The notes beneath the pieces are model-generated. The model searched no databases, was not told the DNA's origin, and saw only the letters and a list, made by a program, of their open reading frames with translations. Source: an uncultured Gemmatimonadaceae bacterium (GTDB lineage Bacteria; Gemmatimonadota; Gemmatimonadetes; Gemmatimonadales; Gemmatimonadaceae). From it: DNA of 64,000 nt. Where the stretch lies: positions 256,001-320,000 of the forward strand of contig CAVUDW010000003.1 in NCBI GenBank assembly GCA_963740355.1. Direction: 5' to 3'. Shown one piece after another: positions 1-10,086 of this stretch. Within the stretch, counting starts at the first letter, position 1. Every line of letters begins with the position of its first letter. The translations under genes and the position numbers were made by a program.

Positions 1-437
1 GTCTTCTCGCCGAAGTAGAGTCCACCGGTCAGCTCCCGCACAAAAAGGATATCTACATCCTTTAACAACTCCGGCTTCAGTGGCGCCGCCGAGGCCAGTG
101 CGGGGTGCACCGCCACCGGCCGAAGGTTGGCATACACGCCAAGCAGGGCGCGCAGCCCCAGCAGTCCCTGCTCCGGGCGCACGGTGGCCGCTGGGTCACT
201 CCACTTCGGGCCACCAACGGCGCCGAGCAGCACGGCATCGGACTGCGTCACGCAGTCGCGAGTCGCGGCCGGCAGTGGATCGCCCGTCTCATCGATCGCA
301 ATCCCACCAATCAGCGCCTCGCGAAACTCGAACTGATGGTCGCCGCGCTCCGCCACGCACTGCAGCACGCGTACTGCTTGCGCCGTGACTTCGGTGCCCA
401 CCCCGTCGCCGGCAAGGACGGCAATCACTGCGCGCAT
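1..437 (-). CDS. leuB: 3-isopropylmalate dehydrogenase (5' part; runs off left edge)
   Basis: Hand translation from ATG at 437: [25 protein letters not shown]...LLGAVGGPKW...RPEQGLLGLRALLGVYANLRP...FVRELTGGLYFG; last gene of leu operon. Confidence 0.95.
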   Translation of the reverse strand, partial: MRAVIAVLAGDGVGTEVTAQAVRVLQCVAERGDHQFEFREALIGGIAIDETGDPLPAATRDCVTQSDAVLLGAVGGPKWSDPAATVRPEQGLLGLRALLGVYANLRPVAVHPALASAAPLKPELLKDVDILFVRELTGGLYFGEK

Positions 438-1018
438 GCAGCCTCCCAGGCCTGAATCGCCGGCAGCTCGGCCAGCAATGCGCCCAGCTCGTCCAGCCCA
501 TCGATCAGGCATCGCTTGCTGAAGCCATCGATCGCGAACGCGACCTGCGTGCCATCCGGAAGCGTCACCGATTGGCGAGGCAGGTCGACGGTGATGGCAG
601 CTGTGGGATCGTCGCGGAGTGCCGCATGCGTCGCCCCCAGAACCTCGTCAGTCAGCGCAATCGTCAACACACCATTCTTGTGCGCATTGGAGCGGAAGAT
701 GTCGGCGAACGAGGAGGCGATCACGGCGCGGAAGCCCCAGTCATTGAGCGCCCACGGCGCATGTTCTCGACTGGAGCCACAGCCGAAGTTGCGTCCACCG
801 ACGAGAATCTGCGCTCCAGCGGAGGTTGCCGCATTGAGCTCGAATTCCGGCCTCGGGCTCCCATCGGATTCATAGCGCCAGTCTGCGAACAGGTGGCGAC
901 CGAGCCCGCTGCGTGTGGTGGTGGTGAGGAACCGGGCCGGAATGATCTGGTCGGTATCGATATCATCACGCGCAACCAGGACAGCGTGCGACGACAGTGG
1001 TGTCCAGGGCTGGCTCAC
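425..1018 (-). CDS. leuD: 3-isopropylmalate dehydratase small subunit
   Basis: [37 protein letters not shown] motifs; GTG start overlaps leuC stop (GTGA). Confidence 0.96.
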   Translation of the reverse strand: MSQPWTPLSSHAVLVARDDIDTDQIIPARFLTTTTRSGLGRHLFADWRYESDGSPRPEFELNAATSAGAQILVGGRNFGCGSSREHAPWALNDWGFRAVIASSFADIFRSNAHKNGVLTIALTDEVLGATHAALRDDPTAAITVDLPRQSVTLPDGTQVAFAIDGFSKRCLIDGLDELGALLAELPAIQAWEAACAQ

Positions 1019-2418
1019 AGGAGACTCCGGGGGTCGGCGACGACGCCTGCGACTGCCGATGCCGCCGCAGTGAGGGGCGAGGCGAGCAGGGTGCGAGCCC
1101 CCTTCCCCTGTCGGCCCTCGAAGTTGCGATTGCTGGTGCTGACGGCGTACTGCCCACTGGCCACCGTGTCGCCGTTCATCGCGATACACATCGAACACCC
1201 GCTCTCGCGCCACTCGGCACCGGCGGCGCGGAAGATGTCCGCCAGGCCTTCGCGTTCCGCATCACGCTTCACCCGCTGTGATCCGGGGACCACCAGCATG
1301 CGCGTGTTGGCCGCTACGTGACGCCCTTTCATCACGCCAGCCGCGGCGCGCAGGTCCTCCATCCGTCCATTGGTGCAGCTGCCGACGAAGACCACGTCAA
1401 CCGGCTGGCCGAGCAGGCTCTGGCCCGGCCGCAGGCCCATGTACGCGTACGCGCGCTCATTGGCTGAATCCGGGATCACAGACGATGACGGCACGAAACC
1501 ATCAACCGGAATCGCCATGCCGGGATTTGTCCCCCAGGTGATCATCGGGGCGATCTCGGAGGCGTCGAGTACCACACTCCGGTCGAAGGTTGCCCCTTCG
1601 TCGGTTGCCAACTCGAACCAGCGCCCCATCGCGTCGCGCCACGCATCGCCGGCCGGGGCCTGAGCACGACCCGCAAGCCACGCAAAGGTCGTCATGTCGG
1701 GAGCGATCATGCCTGCCCGCGCACCGGCCTCGATGCTCATGTTGCACACCGTCATGCGCCCTTCCATGTCGAGGGCACGAATCGCCTCGCCACGATACTC
1801 GATCACATGCCCGGTACCGCCACCGACGCCGATCTTCGCGATCACCGCCAGGATCAGGTCCTTGGCCGAGACGCCCGGGCCCAACCTGCCGTCAACGCGA
1901 ACCTCCATCGTCTTCGGTCGCGACTGCAGCAGGCATTGCGTCGCGAGCACATGACCGACCTCGCTGGTACCGATGCCAAACGCCAGTGCGCCGAATGCAC
2001 CGTGCGTGCTGGTGTGGCTGTCACCGCAGACGATGGTCATGCCCGGCTGCGTGCGTCCCAATTCGGGGCCGATCACGTGCACGATGCCGCGCCGATCGTC
2101 GCCAAGGCCATACAGCGGGATGTCATGTTCCGCGCAATTCGCTGCCAGTGCGTCGAGTTGCTTGCTGGCCGCCGGATCGATCACGGTCAACCGCCCGCCG
2201 GTGGCGATGGTGGGCGTCGAGTGGTCCATCGTCGCGATGGTGCGATCGGGGCGACGGACCTTCAATCCCCGTTCGCGAAGCACGGTGAAAGCCTGTGGTG
2301 ATGTCACCTCGTGCACCAGGTGAAGATCGATGTAGAGCACCGATGGCGCATCACCTGCCCCCTCGCGAACGACGTGCGCCTCCCAGACCTTCTCGAACAG
2401 CGTCCGCGGCTTGCTCAT
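1015..2418 (-). CDS. leuC: 3-isopropylmalate dehydratase large subunit
   Basis: [53 protein letters not shown]. Confidence 0.98.
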   Translation of the reverse strand: MSKPRTLFEKVWEAHVVREGAGDAPSVLYIDLHLVHEVTSPQAFTVLRERGLKVRRPDRTIATMDHSTPTIATGGRLTVIDPAASKQLDALAANCAEHDIPLYGLGDDRRGIVHVIGPELGRTQPGMTIVCGDSHTSTHGAFGALAFGIGTSEVGHVLATQCLLQSRPKTMEVRVDGRLGPGVSAKDLILAVIAKIGVGGGTGHVIEYRGEAIRALDMEGRMTVCNMSIEAGARAGMIAPDMTTFAWLAGRAQAPAGDAWRDAMGRWFELATDEGATFDRSVVLDASEIAPMITWGTNPGMAIPVDGFVPSSSVIPDSANERAYAYMGLRPGQSLLGQPVDVVFVGSCTNGRMEDLRAAAGVMKGRHVAANTRMLVVPGSQRVKRDAEREGLADIFRAAGAEWRESGCSMCIAMNGDTVASGQYAVSTSNRNFEGRQGKGARTLLASPLTAAASAVAGVVADPRSLL

Positions 2419-4019
2419 GCCGCCACCGCCGACATCAGCCTGGCGCGCGTGCGGAGCAGTCCATTGACGGCCGCGACATAGGCTTCAGCGGTGGCCACGA
2501 TGATGTCGGTGTGCACACCGAACCCGCTGGCCGTGACCTTCGGGCCGTCGTCGGGGATCGGGCTCTCCGACTCATCGCTCGGGACCGTCCGCTCGCGCAG
2601 GCGGATCGAGACACCACCAACCGCATTGATCCCTTCCGCAGCCGCATCGACCGCGAATTCGATCAACTCACCCACATCGCCGACGCATTCGTTGATCGCG
2701 CGACAGACTGCATCGACCGGCCCATCGCCCTGTGCCGCTGCCACCAACTCACGGTCGTCCGGCCCACGCAGCTTGACGGTTGCGGTGGGAATGGCATGGG
2801 TGCCGCAGGAGACCTGCACCAGTTCGAGCCGGTATGTCGACGTGCCGCGGTGGGTCTCGCCGGCGACAATCACTTCCAGCTCTCGATCATCCACGACCTT
2901 CTTGCGATCGGCAACCTCCTTGAATCGCGCGAACACCGCATCACACTCGGCATCCTGCAGCACATGACCGAGCGTTGCGAGGTGTGCGCGCAGGGCGGCG
3001 CGTCCGGAGTGCTTGCCGAGGACCAGTCGCCCGCCCTCGAGACCGACGTGCTCGGCGTGCATGATCTCGTACGTGTCGCGGTTCTTCAGCATGCCATCCT
3101 GATGAATGCCCGCCTCGTGCGCGAAGGCGTTAGCGCCGACGATCGCCTTGTTCGGCGGAACACGCACGCCGGTACAGCGCGAGACCAGCCGTGATGCGCG
3201 GCCGATCTCCTCCGTGCGCAATGCGGTGTCGGCGCCATAACGGCCGCGACGCGTACGCAATGCCATCACCACTTCCTCGAGCGCCGCGTTGCCGGCGCGC
3301 TCTCCCAGGCCGTTGATCGTGCACTCGATCTGCCGTGCGCCAGCCTGCACACCGGCGAGCGAGTTGGCCACGGCAAGGCCGAGGTCATCGTGGCAATGCG
3401 TCGAAATCGTGATGTCACTGCGGTCGCCGACCACTTCGGTGCGAATACCACTGATGAGCGCGAAATATTCGTCCGGCGTGGAGTAGCCGACGGTATCCGG
3501 GATGTTGAGCGTGGTGGCGCCGGCGTCGATCGCGGCGCGCAGCACCTCGTGCAGGAACACGACGTCACTGCGGGATGCGTCCTCTGGAGAAAACTCGACG
3601 TCCTCGACGAAGCTGCGCGCGTAGGCCACCATCTCCGACACTCGTGTCAACACCTGCTCACGCGTCATCTGCAGCTTGAACTGCAGATGCACGTCCGAGG
3701 TGGCGAGGAAGGTGTGAATGCGTCGGCGTGGCGCGGTGGCGAGTGCCGTCGCTGCTGCCTCGATATCCTTGCGTGTGGCTCGAGCCAGCCCGCAGATGAT
3801 CGGCGACTCCGGCCACTCCTTCGCATCCTCACAAATCGCGCGAACCGCATCCCAGTCGCCCGGTGAGGCGGCCGGGAAGCCCGCCTCGATCACATCCACG
3901 CCAAGCCGCGCCAGCTGCCGAGCGACCTGACGTTTTTCCTCGACCGTCATGGAGCAGCCCGGTGCCTGCTCGCCATCGCGCAGCGTGGTGTCGAAAATTC
4001 GTACGATGTCGTCGTTCAT
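2415..4019 (-). CDS. leuA: 2-isopropylmalate synthase
   Basis: [45 protein letters not shown]-terminal regulatory domain GDGPVDA. Confidence 0.98.
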   Translation of the reverse strand: MNDDIVRIFDTTLRDGEQAPGCSMTVEEKRQVARQLARLGVDVIEAGFPAASPGDWDAVRAICEDAKEWPESPIICGLARATRKDIEAAATALATAPRRRIHTFLATSDVHLQFKLQMTREQVLTRVSEMVAYARSFVEDVEFSPEDASRSDVVFLHEVLRAAIDAGATTLNIPDTVGYSTPDEYFALISGIRTEVVGDRSDITISTHCHDDLGLAVANSLAGVQAGARQIECTINGLGERAGNAALEEVVMALRTRRGRYGADTALRTEEIGRASRLVSRCTGVRVPPNKAIVGANAFAHEAGIHQDGMLKNRDTYEIMHAEHVGLEGGRLVLGKHSGRAALRAHLATLGHVLQDAECDAVFARFKEVADRKKVVDDRELEVIVAGETHRGTSTYRLELVQVSCGTHAIPTATVKLRGPDDRELVAAAQGDGPVDAVCRAINECVGDVGELIEFAVDAAAEGINAVGGVSIRLRERTVPSDESESPIPDDGPKVTASGFGVHTDIIVATAEAYVAAVNGLLRTRARLMSAVAA

Positions 4020-5083
4020 ACCGCTCCCGTGGCGTCAGCCGTCGCGACCGCGGGCGTACGTTCGACGGCACCGACATCGGGCCGCACGACCTTCGCATGA
4101 AGGAACGGCATCAGTTCGCGCAGGCGCACGCCAACCTGCTCGATCGGATGCTCGGTATCGGCGCGACGAGCGGCGGTGAAGTTCGGGCGCCCGGCTTCGT
4201 TCTCCGCCACCCACGCCCGAGCGAAGGTGCCATCGCGGATTTCATCGAGAATCTTCTTCATCTCGGCCTTCGTCTGCGCCGTGACGATGCGCGGACCGGC
4301 GGTGTAGTCACCGTATTCTGCCGTGTCGGAGACGGAGTACCGCATGTAATTCAGGCCGCCCTGGTACATGAGGTCCACGATCAGCTTCAGCTCGTGCAGG
4401 CACTCGAAGTACGCCATCTCGGGCTGATATCCCGCTTCGGTGAGTGTCTCGAAGCCGGCCTTCACCAGTGCCGACACGCCACCACAGAGCACCGCCTGTT
4501 CGCCGAACAGGTCCGTCTCGGTCTCCTCGGCGAACGACGTCTCGATCACGCCGGCACGGGTGCAGCCGATGGCGCGGGCGTAGGCGAGTGCATCCTCACG
4601 CGCATGACCGGATGCGTCGATGTGCACCGCAATCAGGCCCGGCACGCCACCACCATCCTGATACAGCTCGCGCACGCGGTGCCCGGGGGACTTCGGTGCG
4701 ATCAGCGCGACATCGACGCCAGCCGGTGGATGAATCAGCTGGAAGTGGATATTGAAGCCATGCGCGAACAGCAAGGTCTTGCCCGGCGTCATGGTCGGCG
4801 CGATGTCGCGTTCGTAGATCGACTTCTGTTCCGTGTCTGGCGCCAGGATCATGATCAGCTGCGCCTCGGCCGCGGCATCGGCGACCGTACGCACACGGAG
4901 ACCCGCCGCCTCCGCAGCCGCCCAACTCTTCGATCCCCTGCGCAGGCCTACGCGCACGTCGCAGCCACTTTCCTTCAGGTTCAATGCATGCGCATGGCCC
5001 TGGCTGCCATAGCCGATGATGGCGATCGGTCGGCCCTGCAGGCGCGTGGCATCGGCATCATGATCGTAGTAGACGCGGGTCAC
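4016..5083 (-). CDS. ilvC: ketol-acid reductoisomerase (class I)
   Basis: [56 protein letters not shown]. Confidence 0.98.
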   Translation of the reverse strand: MTRVYYDHDADATRLQGRPIAIIGYGSQGHAHALNLKESGCDVRVGLRRGSKSWAAAEAAGLRVRTVADAAAEAQLIMILAPDTEQKSIYERDIAPTMTPGKTLLFAHGFNIHFQLIHPPAGVDVALIAPKSPGHRVRELYQDGGGVPGLIAVHIDASGHAREDALAYARAIGCTRAGVIETSFAEETETDLFGEQAVLCGGVSALVKAGFETLTEAGYQPEMAYFECLHELKLIVDLMYQGGLNYMRYSVSDTAEYGDYTAGPRIVTAQTKAEMKKILDEIRDGTFARAWVAENEAGRPNFTAARRADTEHPIEQVGVRLRELMPFLHAKVVRPDVGAVERTPAVATADATGAV

Positions 5084-5631
5084 GCTGCAGCCTCCTCATC
5101 GGCTGGGGCGCCGTCGGCCTGTGCGCGGTAGTGCGCAGGGGCCTCGAGCTTCTTCGGGGTGCGACCGCGCATCATCGCGAGGCGACCCGTGCGCATCAGC
5201 TCAGCCAGACCTTCGGGACGGATCATCGCGATGAATTCCTCGACGCGCTCCGGCGTGTCGGTGATCTGCACGATCAGCTCCTCCTCGCTCAGGTCGAGCA
5301 CCCGAGCGCCGTACGCGCCCACGACATCCACCAGTTCGCCGAGCCGCGTCGGCGAGGACACGATCTTCGCCAGCGCCGTCTCGCGCTGCACGGCGCGCTC
5401 GTTGGTGACATCGGTGACACCGATGACCTCGACGAGGCGATCGAGCTGCGTGACCACCTGACTGGCGTCCGTGGCATCGACGACGAGCGTCATGCGGCTG
5501 ATGCCCGGCACTTCACTCCGCCCGACGGCGAGCGACGCGATGTTGAAGCCGCGTCGACGCAGCAAGGTCACGGTGCGATGCAGAACGCCGGCGCGGTCCT
5601 GCAGGAGTGCGATCAGGGTATGCTGTGCCAT
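5080..5631 (-). CDS. ilvN: acetolactate synthase small (regulatory) subunit
   Basis: ACT domain QDRAGVLHR...[13 protein letters not shown]-terminal ELMRTG; lies between ilvB and ilvC. Confidence 0.95.
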   Translation of the reverse strand: MAQHTLIALLQDRAGVLHRTVTLLRRRGFNIASLAVGRSEVPGISRMTLVVDATDASQVVTQLDRLVEVIGVTDVTNERAVQRETALAKIVSSPTRLGELVDVVGAYGARVLDLSEEELIVQITDTPERVEEFIAMIRPEGLAELMRTGRLAMMRGRTPKKLEAPAHYRAQADGAPADEEAAA

Positions 5632-5636
5632 CGGGG

Positions 5637-7568
5637 TCAGACCTGGGTGGTGGTGGAGGGAACGGCAGATACGGCGGCGGTTGGTGCGAGCGGCTTGGCG
5701 GTGGCCTGGGCCTTCGTGCGTGCGGATGTGGAAGCGCGAGCGGGAACAGCTGTCGCGGCGGGTGCCGCGGCGGTGACGGTTGGTGCGGACATCATCATGT
5801 CGCCGATCGCACGACCGGCCGGCACGATCGGGAAGACGTTGGCTTCACGCTCGACACGGAAGTCGATCACGACGCAGCCATTGTGCTTCCACGCTGCGGT
5901 GACCGCTGCGACGGCATCGTCAGCGTGTTCGACGCGAATGCCGGTGAGGCCATGTGCCTCCGCGAGCTTGGCGAAGTCGGGCCCCGTGAGCGGCGTGCCG
6001 CTGTAGCGCTTGCCCTCGAAGAGTTGCTGCCACTGACGAACCATGCCGAGGTAGCCGTTGTTGACGACGGCCACCTTGAGGTTCGTGAGGCCTTCCTGCG
6101 CGATGGTCGCCAATTCGCAGTTCGTCATCTGGAAACCGCCGTCGCCGACCACGACCCAGACGGTCTTCTCCGGGTCAGCGATGGCCGCACCCATGGCGGC
6201 GGGCAGCGAGAATCCCATCGTGCCGGCGCCCCCGCTGGTGATGTGGGTGCGGGGACGGCTCCAGTCGATCAATTGTGCGGCCCACATCTGGTGCTGGCCA
6301 ACGTCCGTCACGACGCGCCAATCGCTGCGATCACGAAACACCGCATTGAGTGCGTCGAAGACGTCATGCGGCATCAACGGCGCCGTGCGCTCACGTCGCG
6401 TGTACCCTTGGCGCGGGAGGTGCTCGTCGCGCATCGCGATGATCTCGTGCATCCACGCCTGCCGCGCGATGGTGCGGCCGGATGACAGCGCGACGGCAAT
6501 CGAGCGCAGGGCGGGCTTGCAGTCGGCCACGATGGCGACATCCGTGCGCACCAGCTTCCCGATCTCGGCTGCATCGATGTCGATGTGGATGATCCTGGCA
6601 TTGGGTGCGAAGGTGCTCGCCTTCCCTGTCACGCGATCATCGAACCGACTGCCCACATTGAGCAGCACATCGCAGGCCTGGATGGCGCGGTTGACGTGCA
6701 CCCAGCCATGCATTCCGGGCATGCCCAACGCGAGCGGGTGATCGTGCGGCATCGCGCCCAGTCCATGCAGCGTGGTGATGACCGGGATGCCGGTCTGCTC
6801 GGCCAGCGCACGCAGTTCACGTGTGGCACCGGATTGAATCACGCCATTGCCGGCCAGGATCACGGGGCGTTCGGCCGCTTGCAGCAGTTGCGCTGCGGCT
6901 CGGATCGCGCGCTGATCGACGTCATCGCGGGGCGCGGTAGGCCGATAGCCTGGCAGGTCCATCGGTTCGTCCCAATCAGGGACGAATCGTGCCAATTGCG
7001 CATCCTTCGTGATGTCGATCAGCACTGGGCCGGGCCGGCCGGTGCGCGCGATGTGGAACGCCTCGCGAAAGACGCGCGGCAGTTCGGTGGCATCCCGCAC
7101 GAGGAAGTTGTGCTTGGTGATGGGGACGGTGATGCCGGTGATGTCGGTTTCCTGGAAGGCATCAGTACCGAGCAGCGTACTCGGGACCTGGCCCGTGATC
7201 GCGACCAGCGGAGTGCCGTCCATCCACGCATCCGCGATCGGTGTCACGAGGTTGGTGGCGCCCGGCCCGCTGGTTCCGATGCAGACGCCCACCTGTCCGG
7301 TGGCGCGGGCGTACCCCTCGGCGGCGTGACCAGCGCCCTGTTCATGGCGGCAGAGCACATGTCGCAGCTTGGCTCGGTATTCCCACATCGCGTGGTAGAA
7401 CGGCATGATGCAGCCGCCGGGGATCCCGAACATGACCGAGACATTTTCGCGGATGAGCGCTTCGCACATCACCTGCGCGCCGGTGCGCGACGTCGACGGG
7501 ATCTCCCGGGTCGACGAGGCGGCCAGCGTGGGCTTTCGGTTGGTGATGCTGCTCGTGCTGTTGGGCAT
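5637..7568 (-). CDS. ilvB: acetolactate synthase large subunit, biosynthetic type
   Basis: RHEQGAGHAAEGYARATG, TSGPGATNLVT, TDVGQHQMWAAQ, TPP motif GDGGFQM...NNGYLGMVRQWQ; start placed at ATG 7568 because the ORF-track start lies within the attenuator. Confidence 0.96.
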   Translation of the reverse strand: MPNSTSSITNRKPTLAASSTREIPSTSRTGAQVMCEALIRENVSVMFGIPGGCIMPFYHAMWEYRAKLRHVLCRHEQGAGHAAEGYARATGQVGVCIGTSGPGATNLVTPIADAWMDGTPLVAITGQVPSTLLGTDAFQETDITGITVPITKHNFLVRDATELPRVFREAFHIARTGRPGPVLIDITKDAQLARFVPDWDEPMDLPGYRPTAPRDDVDQRAIRAAAQLLQAAERPVILAGNGVIQSGATRELRALAEQTGIPVITTLHGLGAMPHDHPLALGMPGMHGWVHVNRAIQACDVLLNVGSRFDDRVTGKASTFAPNARIIHIDIDAAEIGKLVRTDVAIVADCKPALRSIAVALSSGRTIARQAWMHEIIAMRDEHLPRQGYTRRERTAPLMPHDVFDALNAVFRDRSDWRVVTDVGQHQMWAAQLIDWSRPRTHITSGGAGTMGFSLPAAMGAAIADPEKTVWVVVGDGGFQMTNCELATIAQEGLTNLKVAVVNNGYLGMVRQWQQLFEGKRYSGTPLTGPDFAKLAEAHGLTGIRVEHADDAVAAVTAAWKHNGCVVIDFRVEREANVFPIVPAGRAIGDMMMSAPTVTAAAPAATAVPARASTSARTKAQATAKPLAPTAAVSAVPSTTTQV

Positions 7569-7578
7569 GTAGGGGCTC

Positions 7579-7618
7579 GGAAAACGAGAAGGCCCCCTCC
7601 GCGAGCGGAGGGAGCCTT
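7579..7618 (-). terminator. attenuator terminator hairpin upstream of ilvB
   Basis: Minus strand AAGGCTCCCTCCGC-TC-GCGGAGGGGGCCTT followed by CTCGTTTT, ending about 10 nt before the ilvB ATG. Confidence 0.85.
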
Positions 7619-7676
7619 GTGTGATCCTGCCCAAGGTCGCCCCTCCGATGATCTCGGGAGGGGCGTCGGTTCGCGG

Positions 7677-7808
7677 TTACATCGCGATCCTCAAGCCCTG
7701 CTCCCGTCCGCTAAGAAGTACGCGTACGACGAGAATCGCTGCGAGCGGAAGGCTCGCAACGAGGCTAATAAGGCTGAGGAGTCGGGACTGCTTTGGCGAA
7801 GCGAGCAT
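7677..7808 (-). CDS. ilv-leu operon leader peptide (43 aa, Leu/Ile/Val-rich)
   Basis: MLASPKQSRLLSLISLVASLPLAAILVVRVLLSGREQGLRIAM*; control codons are A/T-ending (CTT, ATT, GTT, GTA, CTT CTT); 3' part is complementary to the terminator 5' arm. Confidence 0.8.
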   Translation of the reverse strand: MLASPKQSRLLSLISLVASLPLAAILVVRVLLSGREQGLRIAM

Positions 7809-7905
7809 TACTGGGGCGAAAATGGACGGTGTCCCGGGGCCGAGCAGCATCCCGAAACCACTGCCTGCAACGAAGCGCGTCGCACGTTCTGTGCGGCCGC
7901 TCTTT

Positions 7906-9616
7906 TCAAGCATCGGCGTAGCAGTGCGTTTCCGCAAGCCCCCCCGGGTGCACCACCGCCCCATAGCGGGCTGGGCTGACCGTCTGCGCATACCGCCAAA
8001 TGGCCCCGGACTGGAAGTCGTGCTGCCGCGGTACCCACGCTGCTTTCCGCTCCGCCAGTTCGGCATCCGTCAATCGCACTGCGAGCGTCCCAGAGTCAGC
8101 ATCGATGTCGATGATGTCTCCGTCGCGCAGCAACCCGATGGGTCCGCCGATGGCCGCTTCCGGCCCGACGTGCCCGATGCACAACCCACGCGTGGCACCA
8201 CTGAAGCGACCGTCGGTGATGAGCGCCACCTGATCGCCCATGCCCTGTCCGTAGATCGCTGAGGTCGTGGACAACATCTCGCGCATCCCAGGACCACCGC
8301 GTGGGCCCTCATAACGAATCACCAGCACATCACCGGCGGCGTAGCGCTTCTCCATCACCGCGGCCATCGCCTCCTCTTCCGACTCGAAGACACGCGCCGG
8401 TCCGCTGAAGACACGCGTGTGAAGGCCCAGCCACCTTCACCACCGCACCGTCGGGCGCGAGGTTGCCGCGCATGCCGACCAGACCGCCGGTGGGCGAAAT
8501 GGCGTTGATCACCGGACGCACGACATCCTGATTCGCTGGCACCACCGTCGTGGCGAGATCTTCCGCAATCGTCTTGCCAGTCACCGTGATGCAGTCACCG
8601 TGAATGAAGCCACCATCCAGCAGCGCCTTCAGCACCACCGACGCGCCGCCGATGTCGTGCACATCCTTCGCCAGGTACCGGCCGCCAGGCTTGAGGTCCG
8701 CGATCAACGGCGTGCGCGCAAACACCTCGGCCACGTCGAAGAGGTCGAACGAGATTCCGGCTTCATGGGCAATGGCTGGCAGGTGCAGCGTGGCGTTGGT
8801 GGAGCCACCTGTTGCTGCGACGACGGCCGCTGCATTCTCGAGCGCCTTGCGGGTGACGATGTCGCGCGGCCGAGGCCCATGTTGCATCAGCCGCATCACC
8901 GCCGCACCACAGGCCTCGGCGTAGCTGTCGCGTGACTCCCACGCCGCTGGCGGGCTAGCTGATCCGGGCAGAGCGAGACCAATTGCTTCCGAGACGTACG
9001 CCATGCTGTTGGCGGTGTACTGCCCACCACAGGAACCGGCACCAGGGCAAGCGACCTTCTCGAGCGCGGTCAATTCTTCGAGCGACATCTTGCCGGCGGC
9101 ATGCTTGCCGACGCCTTCGAAGACATCGAGCACCGTCACATCGCGATCGTGGAAGCGTCCGGGCAGGATCGAGCCGCCGTAGAGGAACACTGACGGTACA
9201 TTGAGCCGCAGCATCGCCATCATCAAACCGGGCAGTGTCTTGTCGCAGCCGGCAATACCGACGAGGCCATCGTAGCAGTGTCCACGCACGGTGAGCTCGA
9301 CGGAATCCGCGATGGTCTCGCGGCTGACGAGCGACGACTTCATCCCGGCATGCCCCATGGCGATGCCGTCGGTGACGGTGATGGTCGTGAACTCCCTCGG
9401 CGTCCCACCGGCGGCGGCCACACCTCGCTTCGCGGCTTCGGCCTGCCGCTTGAGCGCGATGTTGCACGGCGCAGCCTCATTCCAGCTCGACACGACGCCG
9501 ACGATCGGCTGCTGAATCTCCGCCTCGCTCAGCCCCATCGCGTAGTAGAAGGCCCGATGCGGCGCCCGCTCAGGCCCGACGGTCGCGTGACGACTGGGAA
9601 GCTTCGACTTGTCCAT
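7906..9616 (-). CDS. ilvD: dihydroxy-acid dehydratase (one +1 frameshift near 8426-8428)
   Basis: [51 protein letters not shown] in ORF 8330..9616; [32 protein letters not shown] in ORF 7906..8367; removing one base rejoins [22 protein letters not shown]. Confidence 0.93.
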
Positions 9617-9802
9617 GGCGGTATCGGTTCAGGCGAGGGAAGTGATCGGCCCCCTGATCCTCGCCCCCCCCACCCTCCAGCGCAACCCTCACCCCGCGCG
9701 CGCCATCCTTCGCGCACGCGTTTGCCGATCAAGCTCGCCGCATTCGACGCGAAGTTGCGAGATCCAACGCCAGTCGAGTGCTGCGTGTGCGTTCCGCACC
9801 CA

Positions 9803-9853
9803 CGGTCCACACTCCCTCACGCGGAGTCGCGGAGGACGCGGAGCCGCGGGGAA
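9803..9853 (+). repeat. REP-like dispersed repeat, copy 1 (left arm of inverted pair)
   Basis: cggtccacactccctcacgcggagtcgcggaggacgcggagccgcggggaa; 47/51 identical to the reverse complement of 9959..10009. Confidence 0.9.
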
Positions 9854-9958
9854 CTGCATTGAGGGCTTCTGCTGATGCGAGATCGTGCGACAGCGCAGAA
9901 CACCGCGACAGCGATCGACAAATGCAAACCTTGAGTGAGCTCTCAGCTGCCGTTGCTC

Positions 9959-10009
9959 TTCTCCGCGGCTCCGCGTCCCCCGCGGCTCCGCGTGAGGCAG
10001 TGTGGACCG
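9959..10009 (-). repeat. REP-like dispersed repeat, copy 2 (right arm of inverted pair)
   Basis: Reverse complement cggtccacactgcctcacgcggagccgcgggggacgcggagccgcggagaa. Confidence 0.9.
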
Positions 10010-10086
10010 AAAGGCGAAAGCGTAGCGTCGCCAGGCATTTGACCACAACGCGCCGCCTACACAGCAACTGCGATCGCCATCCTGAC

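Noticed and set aside
7677..8066. 129-aa ORF from the track
   Set aside because: Overlaps the ilvD 3' end; only the last 43 codons make sense, as the leader peptide
8330..8430. Programmed frameshift in ilvD or other split genes
   Set aside because: No slippery heptamer or stimulatory structure seen; multiple similar indels point to sequence error
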